From a virus: a stretch of 64,000 nt of DNA. Both the position numbers and the translations under genes were made by a program. Within the stretch, counting starts at the first letter, position 1, and every line of letters starts with the position of its first letter. Of this stretch, positions 48,552-57,583 are shown piece by piece. The notes below the pieces were generated by a model. That model had not been told where the DNA came from. It was given only the letters and a program-made list of their open reading frames with translations, and made no database searches. Location: positions 96,001-160,000 of IMG/VR virus record IMGVR_UViG_3300046010_015054; one strand, written 5' to 3'.

Positions 48552-50590
48552 TATTTTTTCTTTTTAGATCTACCAGACATTTGCCCTTTACATACTTTAA
48601 CAGCGCGACCTGAGAGATAAGCGGATGATTTTTCACCAGCTGCTTTTCTTCTTTTAATATATGCTTTACCAGCAGGGCAAAGTTCCTCATATATCATTCC
48701 TTCACCTAATTTAATAGTTTCTTGAAGTTTTTTCTTTAATTCTGGGATAAGTCCTTTCTGGATGAATTGATTGAGATTTATAGTTCTAGTTTCTCCATCT
48801 TCATCTTGAATGGTTATGGTATATTCGTCAGAATCTAATACTTTATATCTGTTACCATAATAATTTACCATTTTACCTTTTAATTTAGAGAAAGTTTCAG
48901 CCGAAATTCTATCTCCAAATCCTTTAGTTACCTCATCCATTCTACGTCTCATATAGTCAGATTGTTCAAATTCATCCTCACTATAATCACCAGAACGTCT
49001 TTTCATGTAGTCGGTTTCTTCGTAATCTTCTTCTTCAAAATCGTCTTCATCAAAATCACTACTGTCGAGGACTTCAATATCTTGAGACATTAAATCGTAG
49101 TAAAAATCGTAAATACCATTTAAGTTGTTAGAGGCGTAAACATTTGAACCATATAGTTCAATAGGAAAATCACTATATTGATCTCTAAATATATCTAATG
49201 CTTTACGAGCATCACGAACTGATACTTCAATAAAGTATCTTTCGTCTAATTGACCACCCATTGCTTCACCTACTTTTTTATATCCTACTTCTGAATATTC
49301 GTTGTAGGTGCTGTTTTTATCCTCTTCAAGATTATATGAATCTAATTCGTCTAAAAGTTCTCTTAAAGTATTAACATTAATCATTTGGATTTTATCCAAA
49401 AGTGATTCGTCACCTAATTTTGCTCTTAAATCTGCAAATTGTTTAGGAGCGGGACCAAATTTAGGATTACTTATTCTTGGATCGTTGGTAGCTTCGTCTA
49501 AATTTTCTTCTTGATTTTCTTCGTATACACTCTTAAACTGAGCAAATGTGCGAACTGGTTCATCGTATAATTCTACAGTTTCGTATTCTGTATTAATACG
49601 AATTTCTGAACCTTGGAAGGTCATATCTAAAATAAGAGTGTCGTAGTTTTTACCAATTGCGGTTCCACCGACAATTCTTTTACCTACTTTTTCAGCCCAA
49701 CCCGCTACAGTTTTAACTAAAGATGAAACACCTTTTCTTTTAGCAAATTCAGCAATATTTGAAGGAACATAAGCTTCATTTAATTCACCTTCTTTCATTG
49801 ATGTTTTTACAACACTTTTAAGATTAGCTTTTTCGATGAAATCTTCAAATTTAGCATTCAATTCCTCTGATTGATTTTCAGGTTTATAAATTGCTGTAAA
49901 TGGTTGAGATAGACTTTTAGGATCCATATCATATTCCACACCCATATTATCTAATTGGCTTTGGAGGAATTTGATCATATTTTTTGCTGCTTCTTGATAA
50001 CCCCATTTTCCACCTTCTTTTACTGAGTTATCTGTAGATAAAAGACGCATATTATCTATATCGGTAATAGATTCTTTACCGGTTATAGTATTTTTAACTT
50101 TCATCTTATCATCTTGAATAGCTAATACTTTGAAATCGAAGCCTTGAACTGTATTACCTACAATATCACCTACTTTAATAGGTCTTTTATTTTTTCTTGA
50201 GTATTCAGCACTAACTTCTTCTAAACCTGTTTCTCTACGATATTGAGCTGCGTCTTTTTCCATTTCGTCTTTCGTCATTTGATTTAAAAATGCTGCTTTA
50301 GGGTCTTCAGGTAGAGAACTAATTTCACCTTTTTTAAATTTTTCAAGATAATATGCTTTAGCTTGATCATCTAAAGACATCATTTCTTCTAAAGGTTTAG
50401 AAAAAAATTCTTGTATTTTATTTAAATTTTCCATTGTATAATCTTCTTCTACTCTTGCAGTCTTTAAAAATGATTTAACTAAGCTTAAGTCATCGTAATC
50501 CCATTCTCTTTCAGGTTTTCTGAAGAGATAGTTGTCTGTTTGTTTTAAACGGGATAAAGCTTTTTTTATTTTAAGTCCTAAAGGTTCCAT
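48551..50590 (-). CDS. Large modular hypothetical protein (putative head-internal polyprotein)
   Basis: 679 aa; many LEE/LNE/LDE/VKE junctions, small SH3-like modules and a basic Cys-containing C-terminus. Confidence 0.65.
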   Translation of the reverse strand: MEPLGLKIKKALSRLKQTDNYLFRKPEREWDYDDLSLVKSFLKTARVEEDYTMENLNKIQEFFSKPLEEMMSLDDQAKAYYLEKFKKGEISSLPEDPKAAFLNQMTKDEMEKDAAQYRRETGLEEVSAEYSRKNKRPIKVGDIVGNTVQGFDFKVLAIQDDKMKVKNTITGKESITDIDNMRLLSTDNSVKEGGKWGYQEAAKNMIKFLQSQLDNMGVEYDMDPKSLSQPFTAIYKPENQSEELNAKFEDFIEKANLKSVVKTSMKEGELNEAYVPSNIAEFAKRKGVSSLVKTVAGWAEKVGKRIVGGTAIGKNYDTLILDMTFQGSEIRINTEYETVELYDEPVRTFAQFKSVYEENQEENLDEATNDPRISNPKFGPAPKQFADLRAKLGDESLLDKIQMINVNTLRELLDELDSYNLEEDKNSTYNEYSEVGYKKVGEAMGGQLDERYFIEVSVRDARKALDIFRDQYSDFPIELYGSNVYASNNLNGIYDFYYDLMSQDIEVLDSSDFDEDDFEEEDYEETDYMKRRSGDYSEDEFEQSDYMRRRMDEVTKGFGDRISAETFSKLKGKMVNYYGNRYKVLDSDEYTITIQDEDGETRTINLNQFIQKGLIPELKKKLQETIKLGEGMIYEELCPAGKAYIKRRKAAGEKSSAYLSGRAVKVCKGQMSGRSKKKK

Positions 50591-50599
50591 ATAATATTT

Positions 50600-51175
50600 T
50601 TAATCAAGTGAGCCTGCTCCTCTTGGGTCTGGTCCTGATATGCTTGTTGGTTCTTTATCTTTCCAAATTGGTTCCCAAGTAGCATTATTACCTTGTTGAA
50701 AAACTTTAATTCCAGCTAAATCATCTCTATACACAGATACAAATCCTCTAATTTCATCAGCTGCTAAACTTGTTGCTAATCCTTGAAGTGTTTTAGTTTT
50801 TCTTAAACCTCTAATATTAGGACTTATATAATTTTCTAAATCATATATGAGATCTGAGAGTTCACCTATAGCTCTACCTTCTTGGTTAGGTAATTCTCTA
50901 TCATTTTTCCAAGTATATTCAGCTTCATTTAAAGTCTCATTCATACCTAACTCAGCATTTAAAACATTCATAAATGCTCCAAAATTTTGAGAGCCGTATT
51001 CTTCTTTTAAAATTTTAGCTACGGCTAAAGCAAAATCCATGTAAGATAGATTTTTATCTACTACATCGATTGCTTTATTGATTTCTGTGGCTACTTGATC
51101 AGCTGTGCTTTCTAGTAGATTTGCCTCTGCTAGGTATCTTTGTTTGTTCCACTTCGCTACGTCGAAATTGTTCAT
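50600..51175 (-). CDS. Hypothetical protein
   Basis: MNNFDVAKWNKQRYLAE leader; LNE|A junction. Confidence 0.6.
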   Translation of the reverse strand: MNNFDVAKWNKQRYLAEANLLESTADQVATEINKAIDVVDKNLSYMDFALAVAKILKEEYGSQNFGAFMNVLNAELGMNETLNEAEYTWKNDRELPNQEGRAIGELSDLIYDLENYISPNIRGLRKTKTLQGLATSLAADEIRGFVSVYRDDLAGIKVFQQGNNATWEPIWKDKEPTSISGPDPRGAGSLD

Positions 51176-51332
51176 TTTCTTCTTGTTTAGTTTCTTCTAT
51201 AATTTCTTCTTTTACCTCTTCTTGGGGTGGAGGAGGTGGAACATGTTGCTTTACGTAAGTGTCTTTAGAAAATCGACCTACTCCAACGTTTCGGTTAATG
51301 TTTCTAAAGATGTCTCCCGGATTAGACTTCAT
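51099..51332 (-). CDS. Small hypothetical protein
   Basis: ATATTTAT motif 11 nt upstream; overlaps the downstream gene by 77 nt. Confidence 0.45.
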   Translation of the reverse strand: MKSNPGDIFRNINRNVGVGRFSKDTYVKQHVPPPPPQEEVKEEIIEETKQEENEQFRRSEVEQTKIPSRGKSTRKHS

Positions 51333-51350
51333 GTAGTTTTCTTATAAATA

Positions 51351-51929
51351 TTAGTCTTTCTTTAAACTTTGCAGGAATTTAATAGTGTCTTCCTTCTGTT
51401 TTAAGAGTAAATTTTTACTTGAACCAACCCATTTTTCAACGTCACCCGCTTCTGTAATAAAGGATTGATTATCTTGGTTTTGGATTTCTTCGTTTATCCA
51501 TTCTTCAAATTCCTTCATAACACCATCTAAGCCCTGGTTGTTAACTTTCTTTTGATAAGCTTCCCATTGCCCTGAAGTTCTGAGGTGGGTTTCAAAGTCT
51601 ATTTGGCAATCAAAGCAGTGTTGGTATAGTTGAAACCATTTTTTGTCTAAATGGGGTTTCATTTTCTTTTTACATGAAGGGCAAAAAAGAGGAAAGTTGA
51701 CAGCTTCACGTGCTTTATCCAGTTTTGTAACATTTTGTTTAATACCATCTTTAATAGTCCAGGTTTTCCCGTCTAATTCCCAAATATCACCCTCTTTGTG
51801 TACCTCAGAATTTTCTTTAGTAAAACCAACAGATGTACTTACTTTATCACCATATTTTTTAGTAACAAGATTTCGGAGACGTTGTACATCTTTTTCTTTA
51901 AATTCTTTTTTTAAAACATTATCTTTCAT
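51351..51929 (-). CDS. Hypothetical protein with CxxC...CxxC zinc finger
   Basis: FCPSCKKKM...HCFDCQ motif. Confidence 0.7.
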   Translation of the reverse strand: MKDNVLKKEFKEKDVQRLRNLVTKKYGDKVSTSVGFTKENSEVHKEGDIWELDGKTWTIKDGIKQNVTKLDKAREAVNFPLFCPSCKKKMKPHLDKKWFQLYQHCFDCQIDFETHLRTSGQWEAYQKKVNNQGLDGVMKEFEEWINEEIQNQDNQSFITEAGDVEKWVGSSKNLLLKQKEDTIKFLQSLKKD

Positions 51930-51933
51930 ATAA

Positions 51934-53178
51934 CTATTTTTTTATGCTATCTGTCCATTTACGAAGCATGATGTTTCCTTTTTCGTAAGCATCTCTTTCG
52001 ATTTGCTCTAAATAATCATCTTCGTGAGTATTTGTAGTTTTTATTTTACCAGTTCCAACTTCACCATTTAAATTTTGTTCGTGATGCACCATCTCGTGGG
52101 CGAATGAACGTAATATATCTTTTGGGTGTCTCCCCATTGTATATAAAACAATTGTAGCATTTGCAGGATCATAGAAGGCAGTCATGCCTAAAGGATCTTT
52201 TGCATTTACTTCATCATCTTCTATAAATTTTACACTAGGGAAAGGTTTAATATTCATCCCATTCTCGTACATGTATTGTGAGAGTTCTGGGATAAATTTT
52301 TTATATCCTGATCCATAAGGTACTGCTGATCCTTCAGCTTCTTTAAGTTTTTGAAGGCGCTGTGTTTTTTCCTTAGATGCTTCTTTACGTGTTTCTATAT
52401 AATCTAAACCACGCTTTAAACGGGCTTTAGTCTCAGGGTCTTTAGCGTTTTGGTAAGCCGCTCTAACACGCTGGTGAATCAAGTTAATAACCTGAGACTG
52501 GCGAGCGTGTGATTTGGCTTTAAAAGAAGCTGAGTTAAGTGTATCTACAATATCTTCTTTTGTTTTAAATTTTATAGAGACAGTGTCTGATGGGTCTTCA
52601 TCTGTATAGAGTCTACGACCTGATCCTTTTGGTTTTTTGCCTGTACCAGTTTTAGGATCTGCTTCTTCTAAACCCATAGCTAACTCACGAGCAAATTGAC
52701 TTAAACCAAATGGATCTTTTACTTTACCACTTGGGTTATTTTGCTTTTTGTAATCATCCATATTTTTATCGGATGTTTTTTGGCCATCTTCTTCTAATTC
52801 TTTAGTCTCAATCTTCTTTAATTTAGAATAGTAGTTAGGATCTTCATAAATGTGATCCATAGCAATTTCGCGAGCTATACTTTTGTCTGTAGTATGCTCC
52901 ATTTCTGTTTTGATACCCTGATCTAATTTTTTCTTTATAGATTGAAGGGGCATTTTATGATATTTTGCTAAATCTTGTAAAGTTAAACCTTTAGCTTTTC
53001 CACCGGGTATTTTTTCTTCTTTCATTTGACTTTTTTTCCAAGCTTCTAATTTTGCGGGTTCATATTTCATGGTTTGATTGTCTAAACCACAATTATGACA
53101 TAAATAAGGATCAGGATCTGTTAAAGTATCTGTTTGCCAAGGATGACCACAATTAAAACAAGTAACATTTACTATCAT
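51934..53178 (-). CDS. Multidomain protein: Zn ribbon + DUF5661-like module + C-terminal zincin metallopeptidase
   Basis: CFNCG..CHNCG; GIKTEMEHT..AREIAMDH.YEDPNYY; RSFAHEMVHHEQ...E.DAY (HExxH). Confidence 0.7.
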   Translation of the reverse strand: MIVNVTCFNCGHPWQTDTLTDPDPYLCHNCGLDNQTMKYEPAKLEAWKKSQMKEEKIPGGKAKGLTLQDLAKYHKMPLQSIKKKLDQGIKTEMEHTTDKSIAREIAMDHIYEDPNYYSKLKKIETKELEEDGQKTSDKNMDDYKKQNNPSGKVKDPFGLSQFARELAMGLEEADPKTGTGKKPKGSGRRLYTDEDPSDTVSIKFKTKEDIVDTLNSASFKAKSHARQSQVINLIHQRVRAAYQNAKDPETKARLKRGLDYIETRKEASKEKTQRLQKLKEAEGSAVPYGSGYKKFIPELSQYMYENGMNIKPFPSVKFIEDDEVNAKDPLGMTAFYDPANATIVLYTMGRHPKDILRSFAHEMVHHEQNLNGEVGTGKIKTTNTHEDDYLEQIERDAYEKGNIMLRKWTDSIKK

Positions 53179-53978
53179 GATTGAAGGAAATCTTTTATTT
53201 TAGTCTTTACTTCTTCTTTAGATACAGAATTATCTAAAATATCTTGACTTTTCATGTTTGCGTTCCAATCCTCTATAAATGCCTTATTTTCAGCATCTAT
53301 TTTATCTTCATACGCTTGATCCTTTGCTGATTTGGGTGTTGAGTCTTTAGGTGCAAACTGGTCTACGTATAATTTTTTTATGTCTTCGTAAGATGATAAT
53401 GTAAAAGGTTTATCATCGTTTACAACCGAGATAAAATTGTCGCCAAAAATATCTCTATACTTGGCGTAATTTTTTGTGACATTTGCCCAAGTTTTAAGGA
53501 CAATGTCTGGTGGAAGGCTTCTTTCAAGGCCTTTAGATTTGTCAAAACGTTTTTCATTTCTTTTAAGTGCTTTTTTAAGTGAAGCGTGAACGTACACCAT
53601 TAAAACATCGTAACCAGCTAACATGAGTCTATTTCTAAGTTCAGCTACATTTTTAAGTGAACCAGAAGCATTGTCTAATACAATGTTTTCTTTATTATCT
53701 ATAGCTTGATTTAAAGCTTCATTGTAGGTTTTGATAGCCTGTTGCATACCTGTTGCGGCTTTGCTTCTAGACTCTTTACCTGCATTCTTTAAATCGAAAG
53801 AAACTCCTGCATTTTTTAGATTTTCTTTATAGTAATCGTCTATGTTTAATACTTTTAAGTTGAAATCTTTTATATAATCGTCAACTAAAGAACTCTTCCC
53901 TGCACCCGGAGCACCAGCAAGTATGATGGCTTTGGGTCTAGAGGAGAGTTCTTCCAGTAATTGAACAAGACTGATCAT
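53175..53978 (-). CDS. Zeta-toxin/AAA_33-like P-loop kinase
   Basis: AIILAGAPGAGKS, NIDD, VLD.AS and GYDVLMVYV..SL..AL.RN..R..R.LP motifs. Confidence 0.75.
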   Translation of the reverse strand: MISLVQLLEELSSRPKAIILAGAPGAGKSSLVDDYIKDFNLKVLNIDDYYKENLKNAGVSFDLKNAGKESRSKAATGMQQAIKTYNEALNQAIDNKENIVLDNASGSLKNVAELRNRLMLAGYDVLMVYVHASLKKALKRNEKRFDKSKGLERSLPPDIVLKTWANVTKNYAKYRDIFGDNFISVVNDDKPFTLSSYEDIKKLYVDQFAPKDSTPKSAKDQAYEDKIDAENKAFIEDWNANMKSQDILDNSVSKEEVKTKIKDFLQS

Positions 53979-54001
53979 TCAAACGCGTTTGCGTATAAAT
54001 A

Positions 54002-54790
54002 TCAAGCTTCTAATTTAACTGATAAAGGAAAACTTTCAAATGCTGGTTTAGCGTCTGGATTTTCAAGGTGGTATAGGTCTAGAATTTTTTGGAAGAAACC
54101 CCAATTCTCTTCTATTGAACGAGATGATTCGTAAACTTCCCAACCTTTACCTTGAATTTTCTTTCCTGATTTGTCTGGTCCTCTTTTGGCTGATTTAAGC
54201 CATAAGATACCAGTACGTGTAACTTTTTCCTCAAATGTTTCGTTCCACATTTTAGCGTAAGCTGCAATTTGAAGGTCTTGGCTAGTGTGGAGGCTGTTTG
54301 AGGTTTTGATATCCAAAATCCAAATCTCGTCATTTATCTCTAGAACCAAATCACACGTTCCTGCAATTTCAGCTTCATCTGAGAATAAGTGAATTTCACT
54401 TTCGATAAGGGTAGGTTTAACTTGCTTCCAAAACTCATCAAATTTAAGGATATTTTTCCAAACATCCATTGAGTATTTTGCTTCGCCGTACTCGTTTAAC
54501 CAGGTAAGTTCTTTACCAAGTAGGTAATCTTCAATCGCTTCGTGTACTTGAGTACCTTCATTTGCTGCTTTTCTAACAATAATATCGGAGTTGTGCCCAA
54601 CATCTTTCAACCAATTTTCAAAAAACTTGTTTTTAGGAAAATATTGTAAGACTGAGGTGATTGAAGGGTAGTATTTTTCTCCCTTTTTGTAAAAACGTGT
54701 GTCTAAAAAGTTTACCTGCTTTGCGTCTTGGTCAATTTCTAATACTCTTGTAACGCTTTTTTTATAGATTTTAGCTCCTTGTTCTATCAT
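54002..54790 (-). CDS. PD-(D/E)xK exonuclease (Cas4/lambda-exo-like)
   Basis: YPSITSVL, GTQVH, AGTCDL, LDIKTS and LQIAAY motifs. Confidence 0.85.
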   Translation of the reverse strand: MIEQGAKIYKKSVTRVLEIDQDAKQVNFLDTRFYKKGEKYYPSITSVLQYFPKNKFFENWLKDVGHNSDIIVRKAANEGTQVHEAIEDYLLGKELTWLNEYGEAKYSMDVWKNILKFDEFWKQVKPTLIESEIHLFSDEAEIAGTCDLVLEINDEIWILDIKTSNSLHTSQDLQIAAYAKMWNETFEEKVTRTGILWLKSAKRGPDKSGKKIQGKGWEVYESSRSIEENWGFFQKILDLYHLENPDAKPAFESFPLSVKLEA

Positions 54791-55719
54791 AATAGTTCTA
54801 TCTTCCTTGACATTAGGTCAAAGGTATTAATTGGATATGTTTCTTGAATAAGTTTTGTAAAGTGTTCAAACCCCATTTCATTCGGATCTTTTTCATCCAG
54901 GTCAACGATATAAACTTCTTTTCCCTCCGCCAAGAGTAGTTCAGCAAATTTTAAAGCATCTTTTTGAGCGTCTTTATCTAACGCAATATACACTTTTTCT
55001 ACTTGAGAAGTTACAATACGCTTCATCAAGTTTGCTTGTATATGTTTTCCTAACAGCGGGATCGCATTGCGTTTGATAGAGATTGCGTCAAATGGTCCTT
55101 CGCACAATATAAGCGGTGAAGACCAATTTATAAACAGTTCAAATGGCACAATATTCTTGCCAATAGGCGGATTCTTGTATTTTACTGGGGAGTTTGGGTT
55201 AAAGTTTCGAGCAACAAAATAGTTTAGTTTCCCGAATTCGTTGTATGAGGGTACGATAATCATTTTATCGTATTTTCCTCCTTCACAATAACCTATATTG
55301 TATCGAAGAATATCTGCTTTGGTAATACCTCGTTTTTTAAGATAAGTAAGGGCGTGCCTTCCTATAATATCGTTTTCGGTAATTTCAGATAAGGGTTTAA
55401 ACTCTTCAGGAAGTTTAACTTCCTCTAGGGTTTGAATTTGTTCGTCTTTGTATGAGGATTTTACTAAACTACGTAATTCGTTTAGTTTATCTTCAGACGC
55501 ACCGATTTGTTTAAAAAGAGTTATAAGTTTTACTCCTTTCTTTCCGCACACCCAACAATGCCACGGGTTTTTATCCCCATTCCCTTCACTAAAGTTTACC
55601 TCTAGTTTAGGTTTGTGGTGATGGCAGAATGGACAGGTGTGGGCTTGGTTTCCTCTAGCAGTTGGTTTTCCAGGTCCTAAGACAGAATTGACCAGCGCTA
55701 CAAGGAGTTGATTTACCAT
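54787..55719 (-). CDS. DNA primase (Zn finger + Toprim)
   Basis: CPFCHH..HCWVC, YLKKRGI, KYKNP, CEGPFDA and LDKDA..KDPNE motifs. Confidence 0.88.
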   Translation of the reverse strand: MVNQLLVALVNSVLGPGKPTARGNQAHTCPFCHHHKPKLEVNFSEGNGDKNPWHCWVCGKKGVKLITLFKQIGASEDKLNELRSLVKSSYKDEQIQTLEEVKLPEEFKPLSEITENDIIGRHALTYLKKRGITKADILRYNIGYCEGGKYDKMIIVPSYNEFGKLNYFVARNFNPNSPVKYKNPPIGKNIVPFELFINWSSPLILCEGPFDAISIKRNAIPLLGKHIQANLMKRIVTSQVEKVYIALDKDAQKDALKFAELLLAEGKEVYIVDLDEKDPNEMGFEHFTKLIQETYPINTFDLMSRKIELL

Positions 55720-55723
55720 ACAT

Positions 55724-55754
55724 TTAATGTACGAAAAACCCTTTACCCTGCAAA
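55724..55754 (-). promoter_or_regulatory. Bacteroidota-type promoter candidate (TTTG-N19-TACATTAA)
   Basis: Immediately upstream of the primase start codon. Confidence 0.55.
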
Positions 55755-56183
55755 ATCTTTAGTATAAAATTTTCCTAAAATATTGTCGTTGTAGAATTCT
55801 TCTGGTTTTTCAAGTACAGAATAAACAAACAAATATTTTGTTTCAAAATACGTAAGTTGTTTTTTGTCTTTTGCCAGTTGAATAATAGAACGTTCAAAGT
55901 CGTCTGAGTTGGTTTTTAATTCTTCAATGAGAATTTTATTTGAACCCCAATAGGTTTTCCAATCTGATTCTTTTACTGTAAGACGATATGAAGGACGGCG
56001 TCCTTGTCCCTCTATTTCTGCTAGTTCTTTTTTGGTAAGTTTTTTCTTTACGCTGTGGTACAGCACTTTTTTACCAATATAAGCTTTGCCAGTTTTTTTA
56101 TTGAGGACCCTATAAACAAAACCAAAGGTGCCGTATGGGAACTGATCAATGTCAGTGATTTCTTCACCATTATATTTCCACAT
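55743..56183 (-). CDS. GIY-YIG-type nuclease-like protein
   Basis: GFVY...YIGKK, ESDWKTYWGS and YNDNI motifs. Confidence 0.75.
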   Translation of the reverse strand: MWKYNGEEITDIDQFPYGTFGFVYRVLNKKTGKAYIGKKVLYHSVKKKLTKKELAEIEGQGRRPSYRLTVKESDWKTYWGSNKILIEELKTNSDDFERSIIQLAKDKKQLTYFETKYLFVYSVLEKPEEFYNDNILGKFYTKDFAG

Positions 56184-56198
56184 AATTTATTTTTTATA

Positions 56199-57548
56199 TT
56201 ATAACGTCCATGCAGGAACATAGTAAGGATTTCCACCAATAGTAACTCTAATCCAGCCTGCTGCTGTGTATCCTGTATTATCTGGTACTTGTGCTGATTC
56301 AAATCCAAAAGAGGCAGGAGCATTACTTACAAGAGTAATAGTACCAAAACCAGTTCCGTTTGAACCTGATGTACCTGATGTACCTGAAGTACCATTTACA
56401 CCTGAAAGACCTGAAGTGCCTGATGTACCAACACCTGAAGTACCTGATGTGCCTGAAGTACCTAAACCAGAAGTACCACTACTTCCTGAAGTGCCACTAG
56501 TACCTGAAACCCCAGACGTTCCTGAAGTACCATTATTTCCTGAAAGGCCTGAAGAACCTGAGGTACCCGAAGTGCCGCTAGTACCTACACCTGAAGTTCC
56601 TGATGAACCAGAAGTACCACTAGTACCTAATCCAGATGTTCCTGAAGTACCACTTACACCACTTGTTCCTGAAGTCCCATTCACGCCACTTAAACCAGAT
56701 GTGCCAGATGTACCTGAAGTACCTACACCTGAAGTTCCTGATGAGCCAGAGGAGCCAGAACTACCAGAGGTACCTGATGTGCCTAAGCCAGATGAACCTG
56801 ATGAGCCAGAAGTTCCAGAAGTACCATTTATACCAGATAAGCCTGAAGAACCAGAAGTACCTGAAGTTCCGGTACCAGAAGTTCCTGAAGAACCTGATGA
56901 ACCTGAACTACCTGAGGTACCAATGCCTGAAGTACCTGAAGTACCATTTGAACCACTTGTTCCAGAAGTACCATTTATTCCAGATAGACCAGATGAGCCT
57001 GAACTGCCAGAAGATCCTGAACTGCCTGAAGTACCAGAGGAGCCTGAAGAACCAGAACTACCTGAAGTACCTGAGCTACCTAGACCAGATGAGCCTGAAG
57101 AACCAGATGTGCCTGAAGTTCCGTTTATACCTGAAAGACCTGAAGAACCCGAACTTCCACTTGAGCCGGATGAACCGGATGAACCTGATGAACCATCTGT
57201 ACCTGACGTACCTGAAGTACCTGAACTACCTAAGCCAGAAGTACCTGAGGTACCATTAATTCCACTTGATCCTGAACTACCAGATGTACCTGAAGTACCT
57301 GATGTACCATTTCCTGAGGTTGTGTAGTGAAGTTGTCCAGTTGAGTTACTTATGACAACTGTACTATAACCTGCTCCAGCAACTTCTGTAGTTCCAACAA
57401 GACTAAGAGATCCAGTAACATCTAAACTACCACTAACTGTAATGTCATAATCACTAGTACCCGTAAAGGCCTGAACCATTTGATTTACTTGTGAGGCAAA
57501 AATAATTTGTCCATCAACAATACCAGAAGTACTTAGTGTATTAGCCAT
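56199..57548 (-). CDS. Gly-Ser/Thr repeat fibre-like virion protein
   Basis: About 320 aa of GTS/GSS triplets with LSG(I/V)NGT markers; short C-terminal GWIRVTIGG..YYVPAW module. Confidence 0.75.
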   Translation of the reverse strand: MANTLSTSGIVDGQIIFASQVNQMVQAFTGTSDYDITVSGSLDVTGSLSLVGTTEVAGAGYSTVVISNSTGQLHYTTSGNGTSGTSGTSGSSGSSGINGTSGTSGLGSSGTSGTSGTDGSSGSSGSSGSSGSSGSSGLSGINGTSGTSGSSGSSGLGSSGTSGSSGSSGSSGTSGSSGSSGSSGSSGLSGINGTSGTSGSNGTSGTSGIGTSGSSGSSGSSGTSGTGTSGTSGSSGLSGINGTSGTSGSSGSSGLGTSGTSGSSGSSGSSGTSGVGTSGTSGTSGLSGVNGTSGTSGVSGTSGTSGLGTSGTSGSSGTSGVGTSGTSGTSGSSGLSGNNGTSGTSGVSGTSGTSGSSGTSGLGTSGTSGTSGVGTSGTSGLSGVNGTSGTSGTSGSNGTGFGTITLVSNAPASFGFESAQVPDNTGYTAAGWIRVTIGGNPYYVPAWTL

Positions 57549-57583
57549 CGATCTAAAAGTGTGTTATGCCGTAATAAATATCG

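Noticed and set aside
54002-54790. Cas4-like nuclease as a sign of CRISPR-Cas
   Set aside because: Stand-alone PD-(D/E)xK exonuclease next to the primase; no cas1/cas2 or array in the window.
55743-56183. GIY-YIG protein as a mobile homing endonuclease
   Set aside because: Short, with no evident DNA-binding extension and not inserted in a gene; mobility cannot be supported from sequence.
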